Below are positions 1 to 10,659 of a stretch of DNA of 64,000 bases, in pieces; positions within the stretch are counted from its first letter, which is position 1, and every line of letters starts with the position of its first letter. Position numbers and translations under genes: made by a program. This DNA comes from Squalus acanthias (taxonomy: Eukaryota), in assembly GCA_030390025.1 (NCBI GenBank), contig CM059432.1:51400001-51464000 (forward strand). The letters run 5' to 3'. The notes under the pieces were generated by a model. That model searched no databases, had not been told where the DNA came from, and worked only from the letters and a program-made list of their open reading frames with translations.

Positions 1-690
1 TTAAAACTGTGCCATTAAGTGTATATTGCCTCTCCCTGTTCCTTCCACCAAAATGCATCACCTCACACTTCTCTGTATTAAATTCCATCTGCCACTTGTC
101 TGCCCATTCTGCTAGCCTTTCTATGTCCTGTTGCAGTCGATTGATATTATCATCACTGTTTGCCACACCCCCAAGTTTGGTGTCATCGGCAAATTTAGAA
201 ATTCTACTCTGTATTCCAATATCCAGGTCATTTTTATATATCCAAAAAAAGCAGTGGCCCCAGCACTGACCCTTGGAGAACACCACTGTCTACCATCCTC
301 CCGTCTGAAAAACAGCCATTTACCACAACTCGCTGTTTTCTGTCCTTAAGCCAATTCCTTGTCCAAGCTGCCACTGACCCACCTATTCCATGAGCCCCAA
401 TTTTGTTAACTAGCCTTCTATGTGGTACTTTGTCAAACGCCTTCCGAAAATCCATGTAGACAACATCCATTGCATTCCCTTCATCAATCCTCTCTGTTAC
501 TTCATCAAAAAATTCAATTAGATTAGTTAAACACGATTTTCCTTTTACAAATCCGTGTTGGCTCTCCTTAATTAGCTTAAACTTCTCCAAGTGTCCATTA
601 ATTTTTTCTTTGATTATTGTTTCTAAAACTTTACCCACCACTGATATTAAACTGTAGTTACTAGGATTGTCCTTCCACCCTTTCTTGGGC
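1..690 (-). mobile_element. CR1 (HER1-like) LINE fragment, RT region, runs off the left edge
   Basis: ORF 234..761 contains NPSNYSLIS..SQHGFVKGKSCLTNLIEFF..DVVYMDFRKAFDKVPH..GVLQGSVLGPLLF; revcomp FADDTKLG near 170-195. Same subfamily as the 40-44 kb copy. Confidence 0.95.
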
Positions 691-879
691 AGTTGACCCA
701 TATTTGTTGTAGCAACAATCAAACAGTAGCTTGCAATACTGTGGCTGCATCTTTCAGTCACTGTCTATCATATTCCTGCATACTAAAGCACAGCCGTCCT
801 GTTATTCAGCACAGTAACATCCCAGAGGTTGAGGTTTAGAGAGTGTTCACGCACTGGTTCACAACACTGTAGAACTGAA

Positions 880-1411
880 ATAAAAACAGAAAATGCTGGA
901 AATACTCAGCAGGTCAGGCAGCATCTGTGGAGACAGAAACAGAGTTAATGGTTCCGGTCGATGACCTTTCGTTAGAAGTGGAAAAGGTTAGATATGTAAC
1001 AGGTTTTAAGGAAGTACAGAGGCAGAGAAAGTGGGGGAGCAGAAAGAACAAAAAGGAAGGTCTGTGATAGGGTGGAGGGCAGAAGAGATTAAAAGACAAA
1101 AGGGATGATGGTGCAAGGCAAAAGGGGATGGTAATGGGACACGTAAAGAAACAAAAGATGGGTCTAGATGAGGTGTTAATGGGAATATCAGAATCATCAG
1201 CAACAGCTACCATCTAAAAAACTGGCAGCAGAGGTTATGGTCTGAAATTGTTGAACTCAATGTTGCTCAGAATTGACATGCAGACTGTAAAGTGCCTAAT
1301 TGAAAGATGAGGTGCTGTTCCTTGAGCTTACGTTGAGCTTCATTGCAACAGTGCAAGAGGCCGAGGACAGAGAGGTCAGAGTGGGAGTGGTCCGGAGAAC
1401 TAAACTGAATA
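880..1411 (-). mobile_element. Penelope-like element, 3' fragment (GIY-YIG endonuclease C-terminus plus 3' terminal region) with 14-bp TSD
   Basis: Minus-strand translation near 1240-1390: HSHSDLSVLGLLHCCNEAQRKLKEQHLIFQLGTLQ..NIEFNNFR. The 3' end resembles shark Penelope ends (..gatgctgcctgacctgctgagtatttccagcattttctgtttttattt). Direct repeat actgtagaactgaa at 866-879 and 1412-1425. Confidence 0.85.
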
Positions 1412-2000
1412 ACTGTAGAACTGAACATTGGCATTGAATGTGTTTCAGTACTGGTTCTACAGCTGTGCCCAAATGATATGCTCAGTGACCCTGCTTCTTC
1501 ATGTGCAAGTCAGGCTATGATACTTGCAAGTGAACATGGAAGTGAGGCAAGTAGAATTTTCATCCTGCGACAAATAGGGAAAAATCTGCATTTTGATACT
1601 TGCCTCCATCTTCAGGCATTAGTCCTTGTCCCCTAAGATCCAACTGCCTCTTTTTCCTTTCCTGCTGACTAATTCATAGATGGTGGAGTGGTGAAGGACA
1701 AAGGCATCATGAGAGCTTCCAATGCTCAGAATTGACATGCAGGATCCGTTGTTGGCCATCGCAGGCAATTTGCACAATTAGCAAGTGGATCCCCTTTCTA
1801 TTAATAAATGAGACTGGTTCCTCGAGTGGTGCCTACAGTGCCAGATGCTCTGTCTACCCAGAGTAGATCATTCTGTCACTTGCCCCCTCTGACAGAATGA
1901 ACTTTGTTTACTTTCCAGAAGTCTCCGAAATATAGAGATGCAGTACTTCTATTTTGTCCACTCTGGGCTAAAAATTCAAAAAATCCTGAAAACAGATGTG

Positions 2001-3186
2001 GGGATTGTGACAAGTGATCTGGCCGTGCCCGTTGAAAGTAGTGCAGGTAATATGCCACGTTCGTGCTGCCTGCTAATTAACATCATTGAAGCATTGAGCC
2101 CAGCGCTGAGAGCACTCTGGTTGGATGAACGCTCAGCAGGGGGTCCAAGTTCATGGGAAGTGATCTCTATTTAAAGCTAGCCTCCAGTTTGAAATACAGT
2201 CTGCACTTCTTAAAGGGAAGGTGCATTCTGAAATAAGCACCACATTGTAATTGTTGTCAAGGCAACTGTAAGGTAGCTATAGCTCAACAGGGCAGAGAAA
2301 GGGCACCTAGGTTCTCAGACGCAGCAATGTCTTCTCCAGCTGGGTCAGGATATGCAACCGTGCCTGTCCCCTGCTGTTGTCTCCTGTGATGCACCACCTG
2401 GCCTGCAAGAGAAAGGGAAATGCGTCAGTGAGTGTGGTTCAATGTGTTTGGGTGATGTGCCTGTCATGGTTTAATAGCTGGTATTGTGTGCAAGGTGTGA
2501 GATGTGGGTGTGAGGCTTGCAGCAGTGGTAAGTGCGTGAGGGTGAGGGTGACGTGAAGCTATGAATGTGAGGTATGAGTCGTGATTGATAGCGATTGCTG
2601 GTAGGTGAGTGATGGGGGTGTGGTGCATTGAGCAGTAGTGTAGTTATGGGCTATGGCATTTGAAGATGCATTCACTGACCTTGACCACTCGTGTGAGGTC
2701 ATTAAACTTCTTTCGGCACTGGATCCAGTTCCTCAAGGCAAGACTGCTGTCAGTGACCGCTTCAGCTATCCGCTCCCACTGCCTTCTTACTGTGTGTCTA
2801 GAGGGCCTCCTGCCCCCCTGCGGGTAGAGGACCTGGCTCCTCCTTTCAACCCCCTGCACTAAGGCCTCCAGTGCTGCGTCTGAGAACCGAGGTGCCCTTT
2901 CTCTGCCCTGTTGAGCCATAACTATCTTACAATTGCCTTGACAACACTTACAATGAGGTGCTGAATTCAAAAAGCACCTCCCCTTTAAGAAGTGCATTTA
3001 AAACTGGAGGCTAGTTTTAAATAGAGCTCACCGCCCACGAACCTGGACCCCCTGCTGAGCGTTCATCCAACCAGCAGTGCTCTCAGTGCTGGGCTCAACG
3101 CTTCAATCATGTTAATTAGCAGGCAGCACGAATGTCGTGTGTTGCCTGCACTACTTTCAACAGACGCGGGCAGATTTCAAGTCCCC
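2001..3186. mobile_element. Non-autonomous PIF/Harbinger derivative with about 310-bp inverted arms (foldback)
   Basis: About 2017-2327 is the diverged reverse complement of about 2873-3175; the interior carries Myb/SANT exons; no transposase is present. Confidence 0.85.
2330..2919 (-). pseudogene. Harbinger Myb/SANT-like DNA-binding protein, exon 1 (2919-2680) and truncated exon 2 (2402-~2330)
   Basis: MAQQGRERAPRFSDAALEALVQGVERRSQVLY..W..IAEAV..RNWIQCRKKFNDLTRVVK, then donor gtcagt. Acceptor tttctcttgcag at 2403. Exon 2 is frameshifted (..VVHHRRQQQGTG). Confidence 0.85.
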
Positions 3187-3631
3187 TGGTGTCTGCTTCT
3201 TCCTGGTCTCCAGTTTATGTATGTCTCTCTAGGTGTCTGTGTCCATATCCAACTGCTGATTATCTCCACCGCCCCCCCATGATCTGTCATCCTGGATCTA
3301 GTTCCTCCATGCCCTCCTCCCCACTTATCTAGTTTAAATGATTATCAAAAGCTACCTTAATGTTCTTTGCAAGTCTCTTTGTTCCTAGTTGGTTTAGGTG
3401 CAATCTCTCTTCTCTGTACGGGCCCTTTCTGTTCTAAAAATATTCCCAGTTATTTATAAAGGTAGCATAGTTGCTTTCACACTATGTTCCCAGCCACTCG
3501 TTAACATCCTCAACTTTCATTTGTGAACTTCCCTTCATTCCCAAAGCCTGGAAGTATCTCAGAGAACATTACTTTGCATTCCCTGTCTTTGAATTTTTAG
3601 GCAATCTTTGTGCATGTGCCATTTAAGGCAT

Positions 3632-4590
3632 CTTTCCAGCCCTGCCTCCGCTGCTGCTGTAAGATGTGCAATTACTGGAGGGCCACCTCCGGTTCTCTCC
3701 CTCTCTCTGTTGTTGTGGGCTCTCTTCTCCTGCAAGGAGGGAAAGAAGAGAAGTTTGAGTGAGAGTGATTGAATGAGTGTAAGCAATGGATGGGTTACAT
3801 CTGTAGAGGGTGACTATGAGGAAGTGGGGTTCCAATGCCAAATGGCCTCCTTCTGTGGTGTTAATTGCTATGATTGCATTAGGATGAGGGTTAATCAGAT
3901 GGGGATGTGAGTATCTACATAGAGCGAGAGGGATGGGTGGACATGCAAGGTATGTTGGTGTGAGGAATGATGTGCAGGAGTAGGCTTGGGAAGGCAGAGT
4001 GATGGGGATGTGTTGACAGGCACATCAGGATGAAGGTGAGTGTGGCATTGCACTCACTTTTCCTGACCTCTTCAGATCATTGAAGCTTTTCCTGCACTGT
4101 ATCCAGGTCCTCCTCACCACATCCCTGCTGCTGACCTCCTCAGCTATATCCAGCCAGGCTCTTTTTGTTGCTTGTGGAGGTCTCCTTTGCCTGTCAGCAG
4201 GGAAAAAGACTTCCCTGCCTGCTCTGACAGCCTCCACCAGAGTATGCAGCGAAGAATCAGGAACCGGGGTGCAGCCCCTCTGCCTTTGGCTATTCATCCT
4301 TCCAAAGTTTTAGCTGTACTGTGGCCTTTCTTTGACACTTTCCACCCTCCTCTGGCAATGTTCAAGAGAGTTGAGTGCAAGGCTGCTTTAAATATGGGCG
4401 CTGGAAATGAGTCATCAATGCCGTCTTCAGGTCCGCACCATTTAATAGGGCCGGGAAACGCGCATGAGTCTTTCAATTGGGGCCATTAAGTGAAAGTCGC
4501 TCTGAGCAGCGCATTGCTCAGCACATCGTGTTCCCGACCCGCTACGCTGCCCACATGCACACAATCCAACACAAAGGTGAAAATTCCGGC
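3632..4590 (-). mobile_element. Harbinger fragment: one terminus plus spliced Myb/SANT-like gene (exon 1 4297-4058, exon 2 3729-~3632)
   Basis: MNSQRQRGCTPVPDSSLHTLVEAV..AWLDIAEEVSS..RTWIQCRKSFNDLKRSGK|gtgagt. Acceptor ccctccttgcag|EKRAHNNRERERTGGGPP. Terminus aaaattccggcc at 4579-4590. Confidence 0.85.
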
Positions 4591-4718
4591 CATTGTCTTT
4601 ACTACACACTTTCCTGGACAAAGAATGTCCGATGACTAAATTGCCTTGTGACTAGTAAACTGCTTCTTCGTCTAATCTGTCCTCTCTGGTTTTCTAGCTA
4701 CCTCTTCTTCTGAGATCT

Positions 4719-5343
4719 TGGAATTGATTTTAATCCAGAGCGGGTTTCGGGTGTGCAGGGAGTGGGGTGGGTGCGAAACCCACTCACTAGTCTAAGTTTC
4801 AGTTAACTCCTGGGTTTCATTTAAATACTGCTGGTTCACTCCTTGCTTGTTCCAGGCAGGAAGAGGGTGCAGAGCAGCTACTGGAAGGTGAAGATTGGGT
4901 GCCCCTTGGCTGCATGCTGGCTTCCAGGTACATGGCGGAGCCTTGCCTTGGGAACGTCTTGCGGGAGGGAATGGGGGATTCCGGGGTAGGGGAAGCCGCA
5001 ACTTTCCTTGTGGGGCCCGAAGAAAAAGGGACATTTTTCTGGCATCTGGAGGGCCTCTTCGTTGTTCCCATTCGCTGCCGACCTGCTCCAGCTAGGCAGG
5101 AAAGCCTCAGCAGCTTTCCCGCTCAGGCCTTAGTTAAAAGGCCATTGAGGTTCTATTGACATCATAGGACCATATTAGCATTTATGCATGACGATGTCCG
5201 CCCGAGGCTGGCAGATGCCTCATCTGCCTCCAAAACTAATGGCATTAACATTGGAAATCAGTGTGAATACAGTGGGAAACAGAGCCGCTCATTTTAACTG
5301 CTCACTCACTCGTTATCACCGAGCAGGGAGAGTTAAAATTCCC
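4719..5343. mobile_element. GC-rich MITE-like non-autonomous DNA transposon (probably Harbinger-type)
   Basis: GC-rich block with degenerate inverted ends (ggaattgattttaatcc / gagttaaaattccc) and an organisation similar to 6082-7060 and 51598-52242. Confidence 0.5.
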
Positions 5344-6095
5344 TCACTTGTTTCCTTCTCCATTTATGGTTAGCACCTGGTATCTGTTCATCAATATAAT
5401 GTCATGGGTAGCTTCACATTGTTCCAACCATTCTGACTAGTTTTATGAACCGTAATCCATCCACTATCCCCACTTCTTTGGCTTCCCTCAGAACTCAGTT
5501 CTGAAACATGGCAACTCTGTCCCTGATTGTGATGGTGACTCACTTACCAAGTCTAATACTATCCATTTGCCCTCAATAATCACTTTATTTACATCTATCC
5601 TTGTATGTTCCTGTACTGTCTTCTCTAAAGCCATAATCGTTTCTCTAAGTGTATTGATCAGTAGGTAATTTTCTCATCAATTAGCCCATCTATGAAACAT
5701 CATCTTTTTCTTTTGTAAACATCCCAGAGCAAACACACCTCGTAACTTCCATCTTACTTTTACTTCTTCTGTTCCCCTTTAAATCTTACTTTTCTTGTTC
5801 GTCCCTTTTTGCTTTTGATTAATCGCTTGTGTCCGACATTTCTCTGTCGCTTCCATTTATCGTCTTTTAGTTAATATTTTGTCAGGTAAAACCTATATGA
5901 ATTTACTTCAGTCTTTTGTTCCCTTTGACTGCTCCCCAGTCTGTTACTGCTATTACCCTAGATCTTGATTTCTTCCTGGTGATTTATCTTAAACTTTGCT
6001 TCTACCTACACTTTATAAATTACTCCTTCTCTCTTTACATTTACCTACTCCGCTGAGACTTTATGCTGTTTGGGAAGCTTCGGCCTCTATTTCTA

Positions 6096-6129
<34 letters not shown>

Positions 6130-6500
6130 AGGGTGCGCTTGGGCCTGGTAGTGGGCGGTGCACCCGGAAAGGTCGGGGATGTGGAGACACTGCTGATCTT
6201 AATGGCAGGGCCTCGTTTAAACAAAACTTCTCGGCCTGCCACCCGACACCTGGCCATATGCACGATCTGGCTGGCGGGCAGGGAGCAGGAGTTTTGCTGC
6301 AGGAGGCTCCAGCCAGGGACCCCTGGGAACGGCCCCTGGCAGTCAAAGTTCCAGGGCAATCGCATTGCGTGATAAGGAAGGGCTGGAGTTTCCCTCCATT
6401 TTGCGCGATTGGGGGGGTGGGGGCGGATTGGGGAGGCCCAGGAACTGCTTGAGGGGCGTGTGGCGAGCACTCCTGCTCCTCCTCACCCACAAGGAGTTCA

Positions 6501-6800
6501 CAGAATCACCACAATGCAGATAGAGGCGATTTCGGCCCATCGAGCCTGCACCGACACATATCCCACCCTATCCCCGTAACCCCACGTATTTAATCCCCCT
6601 AACACTAAGGGTCAATTTATCATAGCCAAATCAATCTAACCCGCACATCTTTGGACTGTGGGAGGAAACCGGAGCACCCGGAGGAAACCCACGCAGACAC
6701 GGGGAGAATGTGCAAACTCCACACAGTCACCCGAGGCCTGATTCGAACCCGGGTCCCTGGCGCTGTGAGGCAACAGTGCTAACCACTATGCCACCGTGCT
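6501..6800 (-). mobile_element. HE1-type V-SINE, full length, 7-bp TSD
   Basis: Revcomp shows a tRNA-like head (tggcatagtgg A box, ggttcgaatc B box), the V domain gtgtggagtttgcacattctccccgtgtctgcgtgggtttcctccgggtgctccggtttcctcccac, and a CR1-derived tail tcgatgggccgaa. TSD gagttca at 6494-6500 and 6801-6807. Confidence 0.93.
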
Positions 6801-7060
6801 GAGTTCAAAGAGAAGGACATTTTTGAAACTTACCTTGAACTCTTCTGGCCAGTCAGCTCCTCCTGCCGTGGTTCTACTGCTGGATCTCCCCCTGCCTTGC
6901 CGTTAATATTATGTAGTGGTGCAGATGATATCATCTGGCTGCGACTTCTGCATCTTAAGTAGGTCCCCACTTGCCTTTAGCAGGAGCCTCATCTCTGACC
7001 TGAATTGCCGCCGTTAATATTATGGCAGCTATGAACATGGCGGGTTAGAGGAGGGATTGC

Positions 7061-8580
7061 ATTGGTTGTCATCTTCCAAAATTCTATAGATTATGGAACA
7101 GTTCCTGCAGATTGGAGGGTGGCAAATGTAACCCCATTATTTAAAAAAGGAGGGAGAGAGAAAACAGGGAACTACAGACCGGTTAGCCTAACATCAGTAG
7201 TAGGGAAAATGCTAGAGTCTATTATAAAGGATGTGATAACAGGACACTTAGAAAATATCAATGGGATTAGACAGAGTCAACATGGATTTATGAAAGGGAA
7301 ATCGTGTTTGACAAACCTACTGGAGTTTTTTGAGGATATAACTGGTAGAATAGACAAGGGAGAACCAGTGGATGTGGTGTATTTGGATTTTCAGAAGGCC
7401 TTTGATAAAGTCCCACATAAGAGGTTAGTGTGCAAAATTAAAGCACATGGGATTGGGGGTAATATACTGGCATGGATTAAAAATTGGTTAACAGACAGGA
7501 AACAGAGAGTAGGAATAAATGGGTCTTTTTCGGGGTGGCAGGCAGTGACTAGTGGGGTACCGCAGGGATCAGTGCTTGGGCCCCAGCTATTCACAATATA
7601 TATCTATGATTTGGATGAGGGAACCAAATGTAATATTTCCAAATTTGCTGATGACACAAAACTAGGTGTGAGGGTGAGTTGTGAGGAGGATGCAAAGAGG
7701 CTTCAAGGCGATTTAGACAAGTTGAGTGAATGGTCAAATACATGGCAGATGCCATATAACATGGATAAATGTGAAGTTACCCACTTCAGTAGAAAAAACA
7801 GAAAGGCAGAGTATTATTTAAATGGTGATTAATTGGGAAATGTTGATGTACAAAGGGACCTGGGTGTCCTTGTACACCAGTTACTGAAAACAAACATGTA
7901 GTATGCAGCAAGCAATTAGGAAGGCAAATGGTATTTTGGCCTTCACTGCAGGAGGATTTGAGTACAGGAGCAAGGATGTCTTACTACAGTTATACAGGGC
8001 CTTGGTGAGACCGCACCTGGAGTACTGTGTGCAGTTTTGGTCTCCTTATCTAAGAAATGATATAGTTGACATAGAGGGAGTGCAGCGAAGGTTCACCAGA
8101 CTGATTCCTGGGATGGCAGGACTGTCGTATGAGGAGAGATTGGGTCGTCTAGGCCTGTATTCACTAGAGTTTAGAAGAATGAGAGGGGATCTCATTGAAA
8201 CGTATAAAATTCTGACAGGGTTAGACAGACTGGATGCAGAGAGGATGTTTCCCCTGGCTGGGGGCTCTAGAACGAGGGGTCACAGTCTCAAGATATGGGG
8301 TAGGACATTTAGGACTGAGATGAGGAGAAATTTCTTCACTCAGAGGGTGGTGAACCTGTGGAATTCTCTACCACAGAAGGCTGTGGAGGCCAAGTCACTG
8401 AATATATTTAAGAAGGAGATAGATAGATTTCTAGACACAAAAGGCATCAAGGGGTATGGGGAGAGAGCGGGAATATGGTATTGAGATAGAGGATCAACCA
8501 TGATCATATTGAATGGCGGAGCAGGCTCGAAGGGCCGAATGGCTTGCTCCTGCTCCTATTTTTCAATGTTTCTATGTTTC
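7061..8580 (+). mobile_element. CR1 (HER1-like) LINE, 5'-truncated, RT to 3' tail
   Basis: ORFs 7062..7832 (NYRPVSLTS, DFQKAFDKVPH, GVPQGSVLGP, FADDTKL) and 7903..8484 (LVRPHLEYCVQFWSP); tail ..atgtttctatgtttc. Confidence 0.97.
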
Positions 8581-8624
8581 CAAGATTTTAACCCCTCATA
8601 CAACCCTTTCAAATTGAAGTCTTC

Positions 8625-9153
8625 GGGGGAAAAATTGGAATGGTTTGCACCTCTTGTTAGCGCCACTGTGATGTCATCACCGTGCGCAGCGCCCCGTTTG
8701 CGCCCCGGCCACAAACTTCGCTTGCGCCCCCTGACCTATCGGCAGACGATATGTGCGACAGGGTCAGGGGGGCATTTTGGCAGCGGTGGCGGCGCTTCTT
8801 AAAGGGCAGATGTCGGGCGGCCATTTTTATTTTGGCCGACTGCCAGCACCTGCCCTCTTTCCCTTCTTTATGCGGGGTGCCGGCCGCGATCGCTCAGCCC
8901 GACACTCCTCTTGAGTGCCAGGATGTTTCCACGGCACCCGCTCCCTGGTGGTCCAGCTTGCAGCGCTAGGCCCCTCCCCTTTAATCAGGGGAGGAGGCCT
9001 GCAATGATGTGGCGCTACGTGCCGCTGCGCGTGGTGCTGATGGTTCTAGTAGCACCCCACCTCCTGCTTGGGGCGCAAACCTTTTCGGGGCGCTAAAATT
9101 AGTGCCCTGGCGGCGTTAGCGCCCCAAAAGGGGTGCCACCCAATTTTTCCCCC
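8625..9153. mobile_element. Harbinger MITE related to the 44211-48236 element
   Basis: Perfect 14-bp TIR gggggaaaaattgg / ccaatttttccccc; 3-bp TSD ttc (8622-8624, 9154-9156); inverted homolog of 48248-48858. Confidence 0.9.
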
Positions 9154-10659
9154 TTCGAGTCTACTTGAGCTCTCCCAGCTGCAGACTATTTTCCTGATTT
9201 GATTACCTAATTTCTGATTTAGATGGCTTCTCCTGGAGTCTATCCTTTACTGTAACTAATATGCTGCTGATGAATGATCTTTGCCATTTTTCTCTTATGA
9301 TGTTTGTAGATTCTTGTATAAATCCAAATTGGGTGGCCCAAACCCTCCTGGAATGCCACTGGACCAGAAGTGGGATGGCATGTTTAAGACAATTGTTGCT
9401 TATTTGCTTAATCCATTTCTTAACAAGGCTGTTTTTTTCAGGTTAGAGAATTTGTATTTACCCTCTATGTCAGGTTATATTTTAATAATGCCACTCATCT
9501 GCACCAATTCTACGATGTTGTCTTTGCAGGAAGCACACATTGTTTAAATGTTTAGTAAATGTCATGCTGACTTCCCACATAAGCCAATAGACAGATCTGA
9601 CAAGCATGCGAACTGACTCTCCACTTTATTAGCAACAAGCAAGATTAAGTAAAGGGTGAGAATGAATGATTGGTTTTAGACAGACCTGGTTTTTACACTG
9701 GATTGCACTGACATGAACTGATTAATTGCGCATCATATGCCAAATCTGCCTTAGATATAAGGCAAAATTAATGATGCTTTATTTTTCAATGCATCCGCAA
9801 ACATTTATACGCTTAAAAAAAAATTTTTAAATTTATTTTACGAATTGGAACCCTCTAGGTCCATTTTCACAAAAAGAACTTGTACGTTTTTTTCCTTTAT
9901 CTTCTCTTTAATTTTCTCCCATTTCGCCTGCTCTTGTCATGGCAGTGACTCCTGCTGGGCTACAGCTTCACAGACACCCCCAGGTAATTTGATAAAAAGT
10001 CAATTTTTCATTTATGAACCAGTATACGTGCTTTAGGTTCTCCAAGCAAACCTGCAGGAAATTTGCAAGTTTTTTTGTTAACAGTGAGACCTGTGGCTTT
10101 GCTCATGATGAGAGGGTCTGCTACTCAGCGGAGTGCTCATCGCAGCTGAAAGAACATTTTTGGAGATGTGCTCAGAGACAGTAAGTGATGAAATGTTGTT
10201 TGATGGGTCCAAACTATTCAGGAACACTGAAAAAAATTCTTTCCTACTTACTTCACTGTTGCTGAGCACATCATGACTGGCTAAAATTTTCCACAAACCA
10301 ATCAAGTTGTGCTCAGAGACAGAAGTAAATAAGACTTTTTTTTGATTGGTTCATAGGAAATTTCAGTTAATTAAGATTCTTGGTGAACTAACACCTTGCA
10401 CGTGTGAACGACGCGTCTCAAAACTGATTATCAATGGTGTTGCTTATGGATAGTCTGAGGATTGGAACATAGTTGTGATTAACCTGTGTGTCCTTTTTAA
10501 GGCTTTTGCTCAGTTACTCCCTGTGGCCAAAGGTTCTAAATATACACATTCTGAAGTCGATTAGACGCTGATTGCTAGGGCAACTTTTGGTAAATTGGCA
10601 GCAGCTTGTAAACCCCTGGCTCCTGCCCTTGGGGACAGGCCAGGTTATCAAGGTCATAA

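Larger units (their letters stand above)
6082..8620. mobile_element. MITE-like DNA transposon interrupted by an HE1 SINE (6501-6800) and a CR1 (7061-8580)
   Basis: Segments 6082-6500, 6801-7060 and 8581-8620 are collinear with the uninterrupted copy at 51598-52242 (shared gtgggcggtgcacccggaaa, agccagggacccctgg, cccacaaggagttc, aaacttaccttg..tcttctggccagt, attttaacccc). Confidence 0.75.

Noticed and set aside
6041..6490. Poly-Pro/poly-Gly ORFs
   Set aside because: They arise from a 32-G homopolymer within a GC-rich MITE.
6720..6800. tRNA gene (also 58140-58210 and ~24970-25048)
   Set aside because: The A/B boxes are SINE heads that continue directly into SINE bodies and LINE-derived tails.
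9570..10457. Possible old DNA transposon with degenerate inverted ends and an internal gtgctcagagacag repeat
   Set aside because: The end match is short and imperfect, and no TSD is visible; too weak to call.
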